DNA of 64,000 nucleotides, from contig CAYTER010000003.1 of NCBI GenBank assembly GCA_964436815.1, forward strand, positions 14,808 to 78,807, read 5' to 3'. Below the pieces are notes generated by a model. The model made no database searches, was not told where the DNA came from, and saw only the letters and a program-made list of their open reading frames with translations. The stretch comes from an uncultured Syntrophomonadaceae bacterium. Its GTDB lineage: Bacteria > Bacillota > Dethiobacteria > DTU022. Shown piece after piece: positions 62,958 through 64,000 of the stretch (positions are counted from its first letter, which is position 1; each line of letters starts with the position of its first letter). The position numbers and the translations under genes are program-made.

Positions 62958-63419
62958 GTGCCGCAAGTGGAACTGAATACCGAAGCGCCGGATTTTATAC
63001 TCGATGATTTTCGCGGTAAAGCATTCCGGCTTTCGGATTACCGGGGCGAAAAAAATATTTTACTGGTGCTAAACCGTGGGTTTTTTTGACCTTTCTGCCG
63101 CGCGCACCTGGCGCAGTTGCGCCGCGATCATGATCAGTTTGCTGAACGAGATACCCTGGTTGTTACTATCGGCCCGGAAGGAAGTAAAGCCTTCAGCCGC
63201 TACTGGGAAGAAAACGATCTGCCCTTCATCGGCCTGCCGGATGAGCATCACCGGGTATTAAAACTTTATGGACAACAGGTTAAACTGTTTAAATTCGGAC
63301 GCCAACCGGCCCAGATGTTGATCGATAAAAATGGCCTGCTGCGTTATGTTCATTATGGGCATTCGATGCAGGACATTCCTTCTACAAAAGAGATGACTGA
63401 TCTGCTGGATAACCTTTAA
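62958..63419 (+). CDS. Peroxiredoxin-like (AhpC/TSA / redoxin) thiol peroxidase, candidate selenoprotein with in-frame UGA (Sec) at 63087-63089
   Basis: GTG start with AAGGAGG RBS. The N-terminal 43 codons (…APDFILDDFRGKAFRLSDYRGEKNILLVLNRGFF) and the C-terminal 110 codons (PFCRAHLAQL…) are both Prx-like and share one frame. Only a single TGA interrupts them, at the catalytic Cys position (FF-U-PFC). A GC-rich hairpin follows 6-38 nt downstream. Confidence 0.6.
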
Positions 63420-63498
63420 ACCGGGTTCATACAGTGATTTAATATCAGTCCTGATTGGCAACAACTGCCCATCAGGCACTAATAGGGGGTAAGAAAAG

Positions 63499-63852
63499 AT
63501 GAAAATTGCCAAACTGATTGCCTGGCTGGGGTTTCTGGGGATGACTGCTGTTTTGTTGAATGGATTTATAAACGGCAGCTTTGGCGCTGACGGAGCTGAA
63601 CTGATGGCCAACCCCTGGGGAATTGTATCAATTGTTGATCTTTACGCCGGTTTTGCCCTCTTTTCGCTCTGGATTGCCTTCCGTGAAAAAAAACTGGCCA
63701 GTGCAGTGATCTGGATTATGCTGATGCTGGTGCTCGGATTTTTTGCCGGCAGCCTGTATGTTTTAATAAACCTGCATCGAAGCCGGGGCGACTGGCTTGA
63801 ATTTTTCCTCGGTGGTCGAAAGGATGCGTTGATTTCCAATCTTGGCCATTAA
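63499..63852 (+). CDS. Small integral membrane protein (DUF1475-like)
   Basis: 117 aa with 3-4 TM helices and an AAGAAAAG-like weak RBS. Family assignment is tentative. Confidence 0.55.
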   Translation: MKIAKLIAWLGFLGMTAVLLNGFINGSFGADGAELMANPWGIVSIVDLYAGFALFSLWIAFREKKLASAVIWIMLMLVLGFFAGSLYVLINLHRSRGDWLEFFLGGRKDALISNLGH

Positions 63853-63915
63853 TTGATACAGTATGATATGATAACAGGCAGATTGAAGTAGACCTTTTCA
63901 ACAGGGAGTGAAGAA

Positions 63916-64000
63916 ATGGCAAAGGTAGCAATAGTCTGCGACAGCTCGGCCAGTATCCCCGAATATTTGCAATCTGATCTTAAAATCAGGGTGGTACCGA
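63916..64000 (+). CDS. DegV-family protein, 5' partial (runs off window end)
   Basis: MAKVAIVCDSSASIPEYLQSDLKIRVVP matches the DegV N-terminus. GGGAGTG RBS. Confidence 0.7.
   Translation, partial: MAKVAIVCDSSASIPEYLQSDLKIRVVP

Noticed and set aside
63069-63261. ORFs 63076-63261 (+) and 63069-63251 (-) across the selenoprotein region
   Set aside because: They are alternate-frame or antisense readings of the GC-rich SECIS region. The Prx-like frame is conserved on both sides of the UGA, which explains the locus better.

Overview
This window comes from an anaerobic Firmicutes (Clostridia-like) chromosome and has four parts. (1) 1-29.5 kb is the conserved transcription/translation supercluster on the + strand: rpoB 3' end, rpoC, the L7Ae-like gene, rpsL-rpsG-fusA-tuf, the S10-spc-alpha operons (rpsJ through rplQ, with secY, map, a KOW protein, infA, rpmJ and rpoA), the ECF module ecfA1-ecfA2-ecfT, truA and rplM-rpsI. 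Unusual details there are long acidic C-terminal tails on RpoB and RpoC, a cysteine cluster in EF-Tu, zinc-ribbon forms of S4, S14, L36 and uL24, and no adk between secY and map. (2) 29.5-43.5 kb holds an MBL hydrolase, a PcrB/GGGPS homolog, and a minus-strand molybdenum/tungsten-cofactor operon (moeA, a moeA-PBP fusion, moaA, a mobB-moaC fusion, a MOSC-mogA fusion). The operon is preceded by a candidate Moco/Tuco riboswitch with a terminator-type expression platform. Also here are a membrane-anchored serine hydrolase, a thermonuclease lipoprotein, hbd and a LOG-family gene. (3) 44.5-60.2 kb is a compact carbohydrate/sugar-acid catabolic island on one strand that looks lower in GC by eye and is bounded by AT-rich spacers: a GntR/HutC regulator, a CUT2-type ABC transporter, an SDR, two paralogous TIM-barrel sugar isomerases, a tungsten-type aldehyde:ferredoxin oxidoreductase with an adjacent MoaD-like GG-tailed protein, a 2-hydroxyacid dehydrogenase, a Gfo/Idh/MocA oxidoreductase, a Zn-ADH, an FGGY kinase, a KDPG-type aldolase and an archaeal-type cupin PGI. 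Its pathway is unassigned. (4) 60.4-64 kb holds a FakA-like DAK2 protein and a DegV (FakB) gene, then a peroxiredoxin-like gene with an in-frame UGA at the catalytic position followed by a GC-rich hairpin, which makes it a strong selenoprotein candidate. A small membrane protein and the start of a second DegV gene close the window. No rRNA, tRNA, CRISPR array or mobile element was seen.
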